A DNA stretch of 64,000 nt from Myxococcota bacterium. GTDB lineage: Bacteria; Myxococcota_A; SURF-8. The notes beneath the pieces were generated by a model. That model did not search any database, was not told where the DNA came from, and saw only the letters and a list, made by a program, of their open reading frames with translations. The first letter of the stretch is position 1; each line of letters begins with the position of its first letter. The translations under genes were made by a program, and so were the position numbers. Location of the stretch: NCBI GenBank assembly GCA_965140415.1, contig OZ223209.1, positions 2,944,001 through 3,008,000 on the forward strand, read 5' to 3'. This document shows positions 28,526-38,231 of this stretch, one piece after another.

Positions 28526-29553
28526 GGGTCCAATTCCTTCTTTTCAATCGGTTCCCAGGAAAACGTCCAGAATTCAGGTTTTTGCCCGGTGATTGTAACC
28601 GAAACCTGTAGCGCTTCCAGATCGAATTCCGCCTTCGGTTTGGTATACGCGCACAGTAACTTCTTCGCTCGCCGCCGGTTGCGTGGATTATCGCTGCCTT
28701 CCATCAGGATGACCGGCCCATTGAAGTTTTCAGGCATGATCAATACATGTTCGGTTTCCGCCAGCTCCATGAGTCGCGTGTTTTCCTTGTCGTCGCGACC
28801 GGCAATCAGTTTGCATTCGGAATCGAAGCGAAAATGACGTCCGATGCGCAGACGCTGAAAATCATGGCGGGTTACATGCTCTTTCCGCTCATATAGATCC
28901 CGTACGCGCATCGCGTAGCTGGGATCGGTCAAGACGCAGCCCGGACCACCCGATTGAATGCCGACAAGGCCATATTCTTTGGCCATTACCAGTTGTCGCT
29001 GACGGCTGCGCCCCTGGATATCCAAGAGCTTTTCACGATCGATCAGACCTTCTCGCTCCGGCTGCGTTTCCGGTAACAGTTTGGCGGACAAGGGGCGGAG
29101 CAGGATGTCTGTAACCTCTGCCTCACGCTCAATCAGGTGAATCTGATTCTTTAGCTGGCTCATGGGGCGCTGTCCGAGCACTTCACCCGTAACGATGAAA
29201 TCCGCGTTTTCTTCCTGCATGATGCGCTTTGCGGCTTGCAGAATATAAATTCTGCAATCAATACAAGGGTTTACTTCCGTTCCGTATCCATGTTTCGGGT
29301 ATTGCAGGACGGTGTTGAAATCTTCTCCTTTGTATTCGATGCGCAAAGGCAGACTGAGTTGATCGGCAGCCTGGGCTGCTCTGCCCGTTTCCACCGAATC
29401 CAGATCATCGAAAGGATTCACGAAATGCAACAGGATCGGTTGTACGCCTTGATCCAGCATCAATTTGACGGCAAGCACGGAATCGAGACCGCCGGAAAAA
29501 AGACAAATGGCTTTTGCAGTGGTTGTTCGTTCGTTTTTTTGTGTCTGAGCCAT
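28507..29553 (-). CDS. PP-loop tRNA thiouridine synthase-like protein (ThiI/MnmA-related)
   Basis: SGGLDS, NPCIDC, GEVLGQRPMSQ, LRPLSAK, GCVLTD, GRHFR. Confidence 0.75.
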   Translation of the reverse strand: MAQTQKNERTTTAKAICLFSGGLDSVLAVKLMLDQGVQPILLHFVNPFDDLDSVETGRAAQAADQLSLPLRIEYKGEDFNTVLQYPKHGYGTEVNPCIDCRIYILQAAKRIMQEENADFIVTGEVLGQRPMSQLKNQIHLIEREAEVTDILLRPLSAKLLPETQPEREGLIDREKLLDIQGRSRQRQLVMAKEYGLVGIQSGGPGCVLTDPSYAMRVRDLYERKEHVTRHDFQRLRIGRHFRFDSECKLIAGRDDKENTRLMELAETEHVLIMPENFNGPVILMEGSDNPRNRRRAKKLLCAYTKPKAEFDLEALQVSVTITGQKPEFWTFSWEPIEKKELDPCKLQR

Positions 29554-29720
29554 GAGATCCTTTGGTGGTTATGATAGTATTACTTCTTAACGCCTTGCTT
29601 TCAGGCAAGATAAAGTACCTATTTTGCAAGCTTGACGCAAGGCTTTTACACAGTTGCACCACGCCGGATCGCCTGGGATAATACGGATTTCTTTTCTTCC
29701 GATAGATGGAGATATGAATC

Positions 29721-32576
29721 GTGCAAGAAACGAAAATGCTTTTTGCAATTTCATTGAGTCTCATGCTGCTATTTGCTGCTTCGTTTTCGGCCTGTTCGGA
29801 TTCCGACGGAAATTCAGATCCGTCCACAGATGGTGACGGCGAACTGGGAGATTCCGAATTCCCCCAGCCTGGAGGATACTTTGCTTGCCCAATAGATCCG
29901 CAGGCGACGGGTGAACGTCCCGAGCATCCGCGCCCGGACTTTTGTCGGCAGTCCTGGAAAAACCTGAATGGCGATTGGCAGTTTGCATTCGATCCGCAAC
30001 AACAGGGCGAAGCGCAGGATTGGGTGAACGACGCATCCGCATTTCCTATGTCGATCCGAGTGCCTTTTTCCTGGCAGAGCGCATTATCGGGAATAGAAGA
30101 GCCGGATATATTGGGAGCGGCCTGGTATCGCAGAAATTTTACCGTTCCAGATGAATGGGATGGGCAGAGAATCGATCTGGTATTCGGTGCAGTCGATTGG
30201 GAAGCCACGGTCTGGATTAACGGCCAAGAGGCGTGCAGCCATGAAGGCGGCTATACCCCGTTCCGCTGCGATATCACCGAGTTTGTGGAAGACGAGTCCA
30301 ATGAACTTGTGCTTCGTGCATACGATCCAGGTGCGGATGCCGAGGTGCCTCATGGCAAGCAGGGCATTCCCTGGTATACGAATGTGGGCGGGATCTGGCA
30401 GACGGTCTACTTGGAGCCAAGACCGGAAATCGCCATTCAGTGGCTGGACTTTAAATCTCCTGTAACCTTCGATGCGGATGCATTGGCACTTGAACTTCAA
30501 TTGCTAGTAACTGGAAATGTTTCGGAAAACGTGGAGCTAGCGCTCGTTCGCGATGGCGAGCAGGACCCCGTCGCTTTACGTGATCTCGCACGAGAGAAGA
30601 CAGATGCAGGGATTATGTTAACCGCAATGCTGGATGTGGATGAAAACTGGCTATGGAGTCCCGAAAAGCCGAATCTAGTGCCATTGACTGTTTATGCTTG
30701 CGATGAAAAGGACTGCGACGGAGTTTCTTCCTATGCGGCGGTGAGAGTTGTGGAACGACGAAGTTTATCCGGAATCGACAATCCGGTGATCCATGTCAAC
30801 GGCAAACCGCAGTTTATCCGCACTCCGCTTGTACAAGGCTATCATCCGGAAGGACTGATGACCTACCCCAGCGAGCAGGTCATTATCGACGATCTGAGTG
30901 CAGCGAAGGAAATGGGTTTTAATGCGGTGCGATTGCATATCAAGCCTGAAGAACCGCTCGTTTTGTACCATTGCGACCGTTTGGGCTTGCTGGTGGATTA
31001 CGATATGGTCAACCTGGGTGTTTTTCCCACTGAAGCGGGCGACACGGAAGTGGGCAGAAAACGCTGGGAAGACACGGCCAGAGAACAGATGTTGAGAGAT
31101 CGACACCACCCCAGTATCATCTGGTGGACGTTGTTCAATGAAACCTGGGGTTTGACCAATGTCTTGCAAGGCTACGGAGAAGAACGCCAGCAATGGGTGC
31201 TTGAGCAGTTGAACTGGGTTCGGGAAATGGATCGCGACAGCCTGATGGAGGATATGTCTCCGACACAGGTGGCGATGGACCACGTCGAGACCGATCTGCT
31301 TAGCTGGCACTTTTACATTGGAGATTACAATACCGCCGTAGAGCATTTAGATGAAGTGGTTGCAGGCGCAAAGGTCGGATCGGATTATTTCTATACAGGT
31401 GGGAGAACCCAGCCGGAAGCCCTGCCGCTGATCAACACCGAGTTTGGTCCGTTTTCCTATGAACCGGTAACGCCCGCCTGGAAACGAGATCGGGATATCT
31501 CCGATTCGTTCCGTTGGCTGGTGCAGGAGTTGCGTGCAAGACCGGAAATATCCGGTTACGTGTTCACCGAATTGTACGATGTGGAATTCGAACACAACGG
31601 TTTAATGAATTACGACCGCAGCGAGAAAGAGAGCGGCTATCAAGACTTGATGGGCTGCGGAATTTCCGGTTTGCAACAGGATGTGTTTATTGGTGTGCAA
31701 GAAGCTCCATCCGTTTCCGTCGACCAAGGATCGATGCTGACCGTTCATCCGTGGGTTTCCACTTACCAGCCTGAAAATCTTCCTGCACAAGCAGAGTGGG
31801 AACTAGTGCGTTTCGATCCGGCAAATCAGGAGTATGTCAGTATTGAAAACGGGAATGTTGACATTTCTGCCAGTCAAGTCGGTCGAACCGATTTACAGGT
31901 TCTCAGCATTCAACTGCCATCGGATAAAGGACCGTTCGTATTGCGTTTGAAAGCTGGAGATGCCTGCAATTATGTGCCGATTATCATCGACACGGAGAAC
32001 TTCACCGGATGGACGCAAGAAGGAAATTCCTCCCTGTATTCAGTCGATCTGGAAACCGTAGCGGCAACGAGTACAGGTGAAAACTTTGAAGAAGATCTGA
32101 TCGAAGCCGCAGGGACAATCGTTGCTGCCGGGTTGGTGGGGGGCGGTTCACTGACGACCGAAATCGGAACGGAAAATTTGCCGGACACGGCTTGGAGCAA
32201 GTTAAGCATAAGCTTTGAAGGCGCGGCGAATCAGAAGGGCATGCCGCAAACCGATGCGGAAGCGTTTCCCTCAACCATTGAGGTATTTATAGACGAGATC
32301 TCGCTTGGAACGATAAGGTTCGCGGATGACTGGGCGGATGCACGCGGCATACTCAGCCATCATCGCTTATCGAGAAGCGGTCCATCCGGTGGGTATGGTA
32401 ACTGGGTGGAGCTTGAAGTGTCGGGAGAGAAATTAAACCAGCTCAAGGCTGCTTCGCAAGACGGCGTATGGCGCTTGGTATGGGAAACGGAAGGAGAGGG
32501 TGGTGTTATGCTCTACGGAGCACAATCAGGCCGCATCGCGGCTCCACCTCAAGTCGTTGTCGAATCGATGCCTTAA
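29721..32576 (+). CDS. Glycoside hydrolase family 2 lipoprotein
   Basis: Lipobox FSAC; LNGDWQF, FGAVDW, HEGGYTPF, GIWQTV, HPSIIWWTLFNETWG (acid/base Glu), INTEFG (nucleophile). Confidence 0.9.
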   Translation: MQETKMLFAISLSLMLLFAASFSACSDSDGNSDPSTDGDGELGDSEFPQPGGYFACPIDPQATGERPEHPRPDFCRQSWKNLNGDWQFAFDPQQQGEAQDWVNDASAFPMSIRVPFSWQSALSGIEEPDILGAAWYRRNFTVPDEWDGQRIDLVFGAVDWEATVWINGQEACSHEGGYTPFRCDITEFVEDESNELVLRAYDPGADAEVPHGKQGIPWYTNVGGIWQTVYLEPRPEIAIQWLDFKSPVTFDADALALELQLLVTGNVSENVELALVRDGEQDPVALRDLAREKTDAGIMLTAMLDVDENWLWSPEKPNLVPLTVYACDEKDCDGVSSYAAVRVVERRSLSGIDNPVIHVNGKPQFIRTPLVQGYHPEGLMTYPSEQVIIDDLSAAKEMGFNAVRLHIKPEEPLVLYHCDRLGLLVDYDMVNLGVFPTEAGDTEVGRKRWEDTAREQMLRDRHHPSIIWWTLFNETWGLTNVLQGYGEERQQWVLEQLNWVREMDRDSLMEDMSPTQVAMDHVETDLLSWHFYIGDYNTAVEHLDEVVAGAKVGSDYFYTGGRTQPEALPLINTEFGPFSYEPVTPAWKRDRDISDSFRWLVQELRARPEISGYVFTELYDVEFEHNGLMNYDRSEKESGYQDLMGCGISGLQQDVFIGVQEAPSVSVDQGSMLTVHPWVSTYQPENLPAQAEWELVRFDPANQEYVSIENGNVDISASQVGRTDLQVLSIQLPSDKGPFVLRLKAGDACNYVPIIIDTENFTGWTQEGNSSLYSVDLETVAATSTGENFEEDLIEAAGTIVAAGLVGGGSLTTEIGTENLPDTAWSKLSISFEGAANQKGMPQTDAEAFPSTIEVFIDEISLGTIRFADDWADARGILSHHRLSRSGPSGGYGNWVELEVSGEKLNQLKAASQDGVWRLVWETEGEGGVMLYGAQSGRIAAPPQVVVESMP

Positions 32577-33421
32577 CCGGCGAACAGGTGCTTTAAAGCA
32601 AAGAACAGGTTTTCCTTACGCTCCATCATGCGGCGGCTGAAATAGCCGATCCAGTCGATTCCGTAAGGGACGTACACTCGGATGGCTTCGCCTTCTTTGG
32701 CCAGCTTTTCCTGTAGTTTCCGTTCGATGCCGTAGAGCATCTGCCATTCGTAACGGTCTTTTGAAATGTTATTGCTGGCGATAAACGCTCGAAGCGGACC
32801 GATCATGTTGCGGTCGTGGGTTGCAATGGCGCAGAACTTCCCATTCGTAAGAATCGTTTCAGCAAGTTTAAGATAATTTTCGTTAACCTGCTCCTTTTTG
32901 GGAAAAGCGATTTCGGGCGGTTCCTTGTATGCCCCTTTGCAAAGCCGTATACTTGCCTGCTTTTCGTTTAGCATTGCCACATCCGCTTCGCTTCGGTGCA
33001 AAGCCGATTGAATGACAATGCCGACATTCTTGTAATCTTCGTACAATCTAAGGAAGATATCCAAGGTGCGTTGGGTGACCGGCGAGCCTTCCATATCGAT
33101 GCGTACAAACGTGTTTAATTCCGCTGCTCGCTCTACGATTCGTTTCACGTTTTCATAGCAGAAGTCGTCGTCGATTTCCAAACCCATCATTGTGAGTTTG
33201 ATAGAAACGTTAGCTCTTAAACCATTTACTTTGATTTGATCGAGAATGAGCAGGTATTCATTGGCTGCCTTTACGGCGTCGTCTCTACTGACGACGTTTT
33301 CGCCAAGAAAGTCTATCGTAGCCATGATGTTTCTTGCATTGAGACGGCGTACGGCCTTCATCGCTTCATCGATTCGGTCTCCCGCGACGAAACGTCTGGC
33401 CGCCAACTTCAGGATTCCCAT
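32573..33421 (-). CDS. Monofunctional proline dehydrogenase
   Basis: RFVAG, DFLGE, SIKLT, IDME, RLCKGAYKE, ATHD, QMLYG, YVPYG, RRMMER. Confidence 0.93.
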   Translation of the reverse strand: MGILKLAARRFVAGDRIDEAMKAVRRLNARNIMATIDFLGENVVSRDDAVKAANEYLLILDQIKVNGLRANVSIKLTMMGLEIDDDFCYENVKRIVERAAELNTFVRIDMEGSPVTQRTLDIFLRLYEDYKNVGIVIQSALHRSEADVAMLNEKQASIRLCKGAYKEPPEIAFPKKEQVNENYLKLAETILTNGKFCAIATHDRNMIGPLRAFIASNNISKDRYEWQMLYGIERKLQEKLAKEGEAIRVYVPYGIDWIGYFSRRMMERKENLFFALKHLFAG

Positions 33422-33550
33422 GATTTACTCTCCTATAAAAATCGCAGGCGATGCATTTCTGGCCTTGGCTATGGTAAGAAAAAGCGTTTGGGAAGTCAAA
33501 AATATTCCACTTGTTGCGAAGAATCTGAAAAGGGGGAAGAATTCCGTTTG

Positions 33551-35404
33551 TTAGCGCCAGCGACGCGGACGCTTTCTGAGAACGGCCTTTCCGGTTTTGC
33601 TTGGCTTTTGAATTGCAGGGCGACGATAACGGCGACGATGAGGATCCGTTGGCTCACTATCGGTATCACCAGCAGGACAAAAATCGATCTGCCCCTTTGG
33701 AATGTCAACTCGAATCAGTTTAACCCGGATCGGGTCGCCCAATCTGTAACGAATTTCACTGCGTTGACCAACCAGGGCGTGTTCATTTTCTTGATAAATA
33801 AAGTAATCTGATGCCAGTTTGGAAACATGCACCAGTCCCTCTACAAAGGGTTCGCTGATTTGGACAAAGAAGCCGAATTCTAAAACGCCGGATATTGTTG
33901 CGTCGTATTCTTCACCGATTTTCGAGGCCATGAACTCCGCTTGACAGATGGAAATGGCTTTTCGCTCGATTGTGATCGCGCGCCGCTCGGAAGATGAGCA
34001 TTGTTCGGCCAGAGAGGCATATCGTTGATCGCCTTTTATTGGCGTTTGTTCGTCATCCGGACAGGTCATGGCTTGTTTAAGCAGGCGATGCACGATCAGA
34101 TCCGGATAGCGCCGTATCGGAGATGTGAAATGGCAGTAGTTTTCCAGCGCCAAACCGAAATGACCGATGTTTGTCGTGCTGTACATGGCCTGTTTCATCG
34201 AGCGCAACAAGAGAATATTCAAGTGGTTTCGGTCTTCGCTGGACTGTAATTTACTTAGGAAGCGATTGAGTTCCGTTCCGCGAATCGGTTTTTGGCTCTT
34301 GATGGCATGTCCCAGAGATTTGGCGGTTTCTGCAAAACTTTCAAGCGCTTCTGCATCTGGCCGATCGTGCACGCGAAAGATGCAGGGAAACTCGTGATCC
34401 GTAAGGTAGGTAGCCACCGCTTGATTGGCTTCGATCATGAACACTTCGATCAGGCGATGCGCGTCCAGCCGTGATGACTGTACAATATTCGCGATTTCGC
34501 CGCTTTTATCGATTATGACTTTGGCTTCGGGAATGTCGAGATCCAATGCGCCTCGACTTATTGCCTTTTTCTGAAGCAGTTTGGATAGCTGTTGCATCCT
34601 GTTGAAGGACATTCGAAGTTCCGGTTCTGCATCTGCACCCTTTAGGATGTCCTGAGCCTGTTCATAACTCAGACGCGCCCGGCTGAAAATCAGAGCCTGC
34701 TTGAAATCCAGTCGCTGGGTGTTTCCTTTCCAGTCGTAGTCGATAAATGCAACCATAGCCAGGCGCTTCTCGTTGGGGCGCAAAGAGCACAGACCGTTTG
34801 AAAGAGCATGAGGCAGCATGGGGAACACCGAGCCAGGAACATATACACTGGTGCCACGCATCAGAGCGTCCCGGTCGAGAGGCTGATGCGGAAGCACGTA
34901 ATGAGCGACATCTGCAATCGCCACAGCAAGGCGGATGCCTTGACCGTCTTCGCGTTCCAGTGCGCAAACGGCATCGTCGAAGTCTTTGGCCGAGGCGGGA
35001 TCGATCGTTACAAAAGGAAGATGCTGAAGATCCTCATAATCTTCGGGTAAAGCTTCGACGGAAGAGGGTAGTTCTTCGGTTTCTTTGATTGTCGCTTTAC
35101 TGAATTCAAGCGGAATGCCTTCATCGGCGCACAATCCATGAAAAAGAATCTCTCGTTGTTTCTGTGTGCTGACAGGTTCTTTGGTAGCCGTGAGTCCTTT
35201 GGGTAGCGGAGTTTTACCCAGTCGATAAAAACGACCTTTTCGAAGGCGAAGATAATCGCTGCGAACCAATTCCGATAAAAGATGCCGAAATGAGGTTCGG
35301 TCTTTTACCGAAACGCCTAGCGCCCGTATGAGGTCGCGATAACGGATTTCCTCTACATTGCTTTCGATAAAGATCGAAAGCACATTTGCTGCACTGATGG
35401 ACAT
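33551..35404 (-). CDS. rnr: Ribonuclease R (RNB family, shortened N-terminus)
   Basis: TIDPASAKDFDDA, RGTSVY, HFTSPIRRYPDL, S1 domain EGLVHVS, basic tail. Confidence 0.9.
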   Translation of the reverse strand: MSISAANVLSIFIESNVEEIRYRDLIRALGVSVKDRTSFRHLLSELVRSDYLRLRKGRFYRLGKTPLPKGLTATKEPVSTQKQREILFHGLCADEGIPLEFSKATIKETEELPSSVEALPEDYEDLQHLPFVTIDPASAKDFDDAVCALEREDGQGIRLAVAIADVAHYVLPHQPLDRDALMRGTSVYVPGSVFPMLPHALSNGLCSLRPNEKRLAMVAFIDYDWKGNTQRLDFKQALIFSRARLSYEQAQDILKGADAEPELRMSFNRMQQLSKLLQKKAISRGALDLDIPEAKVIIDKSGEIANIVQSSRLDAHRLIEVFMIEANQAVATYLTDHEFPCIFRVHDRPDAEALESFAETAKSLGHAIKSQKPIRGTELNRFLSKLQSSEDRNHLNILLLRSMKQAMYSTTNIGHFGLALENYCHFTSPIRRYPDLIVHRLLKQAMTCPDDEQTPIKGDQRYASLAEQCSSSERRAITIERKAISICQAEFMASKIGEEYDATISGVLEFGFFVQISEPFVEGLVHVSKLASDYFIYQENEHALVGQRSEIRYRLGDPIRVKLIRVDIPKGQIDFCPAGDTDSEPTDPHRRRYRRPAIQKPSKTGKAVLRKRPRRWR

Positions 35405-35430
35405 ATAGAAGCTTCTCGAGTGTTAGGTGG

Positions 35431-36951
35431 CTACCCTCGTTGTCGTTTTCTTCGATAGAAGGCGAACATGGAAAGCAGCAGCAGAAAAACAAGCGATGAG
35501 GAAGATGTTTGAGAACAACCGCCGCTACCATCTTCGAAATTTCCTCCGTCATCGCTGTCACCATCCGGTGCGATAATTGCTGCGTCGCCATCCGTATCGC
35601 CATCTGTGGCGATTTGGTCTACGACAGAGAAATTCAGTGAACTTTCCGCATCCGAGCATTCCGTGGATTCGTCGTTTTTGACCTCTGCACGCAGTTCATA
35701 GGAACCGATCTGTGGTGCGGTCCAGTATGTTTCCGCCTGTTGGGAATAGGTTTTCAGATAGGTCCATTCCCCACCGGTCTGGCGAACGGAAAAACGATAG
35801 AGCAGATCGCTTTCCCCTGTTGCAGAGCAGGACAGTCGCACGCTGGTTTGAGGCAGTACCGGCGAAATGGGATCGGCTGTAAAGCTTGTGATCGTCGCTG
35901 AAAATTCGGGCGCTTCACCATCATTTAAAACCGTGTCGTCTTTAGCCGTGCAGGCGCGTCCGCTTCCCATCGGCATCAGGAAACTGCATACCCAGCCATC
36001 CGTACAATCCGGAATGTCCGAACAGTATTTCGTACAATAGGCGCGTCCCAGGGTGCTGTCATTCAGACATAACAAGTTTTCTGCGCATATCTTGGCGTTG
36101 GTTTCTTCACCGCAAGGGTCGCCTTGCTGTCCGATTTCCGGTTCAGGAGGAAGGCACTGGCCGTCCAGGCAGGTAAAAGCTGGGGTGCAGTCCGGGGCGC
36201 ATTCGCAGGAGGCGGAACAGATTTTCCCTCCACTTTCCTCGTGTTCCAAACAAATGCGGTCGTTCTTGCAATCATTATCACTTTCGCAAGGTGACCCGGT
36301 TACACCGGTGATCGGGTAAATCGAACAAATGCCCTGAATGTCGTCTGCGGCGAGATCGCGTTTGCTGATTTCCCCAGGGGCTGCACCGAAATACATGGTA
36401 GCATCCAGGATGTTGGGATGATCCAACCCGACAAAATGCCCGATTTCATGTGTGGCGATATTTTGCAGATCCGCCTTATTGGCTTCACCTTCCGCCGCAA
36501 CCGACCAGGAGAAGTTTTTATTGTACAGAATGTCCGAATCCATGATGTGACCGGATGAGGTGTCGAAAACGGGAACGGTGACCGCATAGGCGTCCGTCCA
36601 TTCTCCTGGCCATTCATTCTCATTGATCCAGATCATGACATTTTGACTGTCGGTGGTCAATGTTCCGGCCTGGGAACCATCGATATCGACTGTTCCCTTG
36701 TATTCGAATTGCATGTAAGAACATTCGACATTTCCCCAGGTGTTGAAGCTGGCCTGCAACGCACTCTGGACGGAATCCAGCGAAAAACCGGGAATGCCAT
36801 CTTCATCCAGGTACCAGTTGGCAGGAATGGAATTGTCATCCCAGCGAATCGGAGTGCCTCCACTGGTTTCCAGTGCCACATAGGCATGGACTGGTAATGC
36901 CAAAGCGGAGAGAACGAAAAAGAAGGTGGCCGCGAGATAAATACGTTTCAT
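35431..36951 (-). CDS. Matrixin-like (M10) metzincin protease with Cys-rich modules and a MYXO-CTERM-like sorting tail
   Basis: Signal peptide, HEIGHFVGLDH, Met-turn ATMY, tail GSGGCSQT plus hydrophobic helix plus RRKRQR. Confidence 0.88.
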   Translation of the reverse strand: MKRIYLAATFFFVLSALALPVHAYVALETSGGTPIRWDDNSIPANWYLDEDGIPGFSLDSVQSALQASFNTWGNVECSYMQFEYKGTVDIDGSQAGTLTTDSQNVMIWINENEWPGEWTDAYAVTVPVFDTSSGHIMDSDILYNKNFSWSVAAEGEANKADLQNIATHEIGHFVGLDHPNILDATMYFGAAPGEISKRDLAADDIQGICSIYPITGVTGSPCESDNDCKNDRICLEHEESGGKICSASCECAPDCTPAFTCLDGQCLPPEPEIGQQGDPCGEETNAKICAENLLCLNDSTLGRAYCTKYCSDIPDCTDGWVCSFLMPMGSGRACTAKDDTVLNDGEAPEFSATITSFTADPISPVLPQTSVRLSCSATGESDLLYRFSVRQTGGEWTYLKTYSQQAETYWTAPQIGSYELRAEVKNDESTECSDAESSLNFSVVDQIATDGDTDGDAAIIAPDGDSDDGGNFEDGSGGCSQTSSSSLVFLLLLSMFAFYRRKRQRG

Positions 36952-36962
36952 GCGGTCCTCCT

Positions 36963-37529
36963 TTACTTCGATGCCAGAATCGACTGGATACGGGAAAGAA
37001 ATTCGGTCATGCTCATCTCTTCGGGGCTTTTTCGTACGATTTCCGCTTTGCCTGTCTCCGGATTTTGGACGACAACTCCTATATCCGTGAACTTCTGTTT
37101 AACAATCTTATGGTGGGTATCGCTTGTGTTTTTCTCAAATACGGTAAACGCACCCTGACTCATCCCCCGCAGGAAATAGTGCTGTTCTTTTTTTACAAGG
37201 AAAAGAACCACTTCTTCCCCTTCGTGAAAGGCAGGTGAGCCCACTGCACGCATGCCACGGCCCTGGTATTCACCTCCGAATTGACGTAACACGATCTCGT
37301 GCTGTTCTTGCCCCTTCAAAATAGAGGTGGGCGACAGGTGAACTTCGGTATAGATGCGATCGCTTTTTGCATCGTACACGGTATCCAGCTTATTGACGAC
37401 ACCTTGTACGATAAGATCGGATTTCAAGCACAACGCAGTCAAATCGAAGGACTTGACAAGTGTAGCGTGTGCTGAAACCCCGATTGTCAAGACAAACAAA
37501 AACGTAGCAAAAGAAAACAGGCGTTTCAT
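36963..37529 (-). CDS. Secreted hypothetical protein, probably co-transcribed with the matrixin
   Basis: Signal peptide (AHA); SDLIVQGVV, LKG, GG, GEEVVLFL; 11-nt gap to the protease gene. Confidence 0.75.
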   Translation of the reverse strand: MKRLFSFATFLFVLTIGVSAHATLVKSFDLTALCLKSDLIVQGVVNKLDTVYDAKSDRIYTEVHLSPTSILKGQEQHEIVLRQFGGEYQGRGMRAVGSPAFHEGEEVVLFLVKKEQHYFLRGMSQGAFTVFEKNTSDTHHKIVKQKFTDIGVVVQNPETGKAEIVRKSPEEMSMTEFLSRIQSILASK

Positions 37530-37578
37530 TTGTATTTACTCCATGTTCACAACGGCTGGCGAGTCCAGTGGTGAGTAA

Positions 37579-37965
37579 TCATGAACCAAGAATTGTGCGG
37601 ATTTTCTCCACAATGTCTTCGCGGGTGAAAGGCTTGTCCAAATAGTCGGCCTTACCGGCATCGATCAATTTGCGGATCTGATCGTTCAACCCGTAACCGG
37701 ATGAAAAAAGAACTTTCAAGTCTGGTCTTTTTTCCCAGAGAATTCGAGCCAGTTCCGGACCGTCCATTTCCGGCATGACCACATCAAGAATTGAAAATGG
37801 AATGTCCAGTTCTTCCGAGCAGACAATGTCCAATGCTTCTTTACAGTTGTCGGTGGCCTTTACCTGGTATCCCAGGCGCTCGAAAATTCGCCGGCCTAAA
37901 ATGAGAACCAGTTCCTCATCATCGACAAGCAAAACCGTTTGATTGCTCGTGTCATTTCCGTTCAT
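37579..37965 (-). CDS. Single-domain response regulator (CheY-like)
   Basis: LVDDE, LDVVMPEMDG, SSGY, KPF. Confidence 0.92.
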   Translation of the reverse strand: MNGNDTSNQTVLLVDDEELVLILGRRIFERLGYQVKATDNCKEALDIVCSEELDIPFSILDVVMPEMDGPELARILWEKRPDLKVLFSSGYGLNDQIRKLIDAGKADYLDKPFTREDIVEKIRTILGS

Positions 37966-38186
37966 CAGGTTGTCCTTCCACAGGGCTACAAGTTCGGTAG
38001 CCTATTTTTTCCTTTCATAGTTATAAACGATCTTTACAAAAGATGAAACACAAAAAATACTTCTCTTATTGATCAGATAGATCTGATTTTCATTCCTGAA
38101 AGTGTCTTTAGAAAGGCAAAGGAGCAGAACTATGCTGAAGCATCATGCTAACAAATATAGGATGATGAGTATTTCTTAAGGTGTCT

Positions 38187-38223
38187 GAAAAGAAAGCAGG
38201 CGACCTTGATTGGTCGCCTGCTT
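38187..38223 (-). terminator. Intrinsic terminator
   Basis: aagcaggcgacc-ttgatt-ggtcgcctgctt with U-rich tail on the minus strand, just after the stop at 38232. Confidence 0.8.
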
Positions 38224-38231
38224 GGAAGGAG

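Noticed and set aside
37984-38010. Plus-strand hairpin ggctac..gtagcc with T-tract suggesting an antisense sRNA or MITE relic
   Set aside because: Only a 6-bp stem, with no supporting promoter or longer match.
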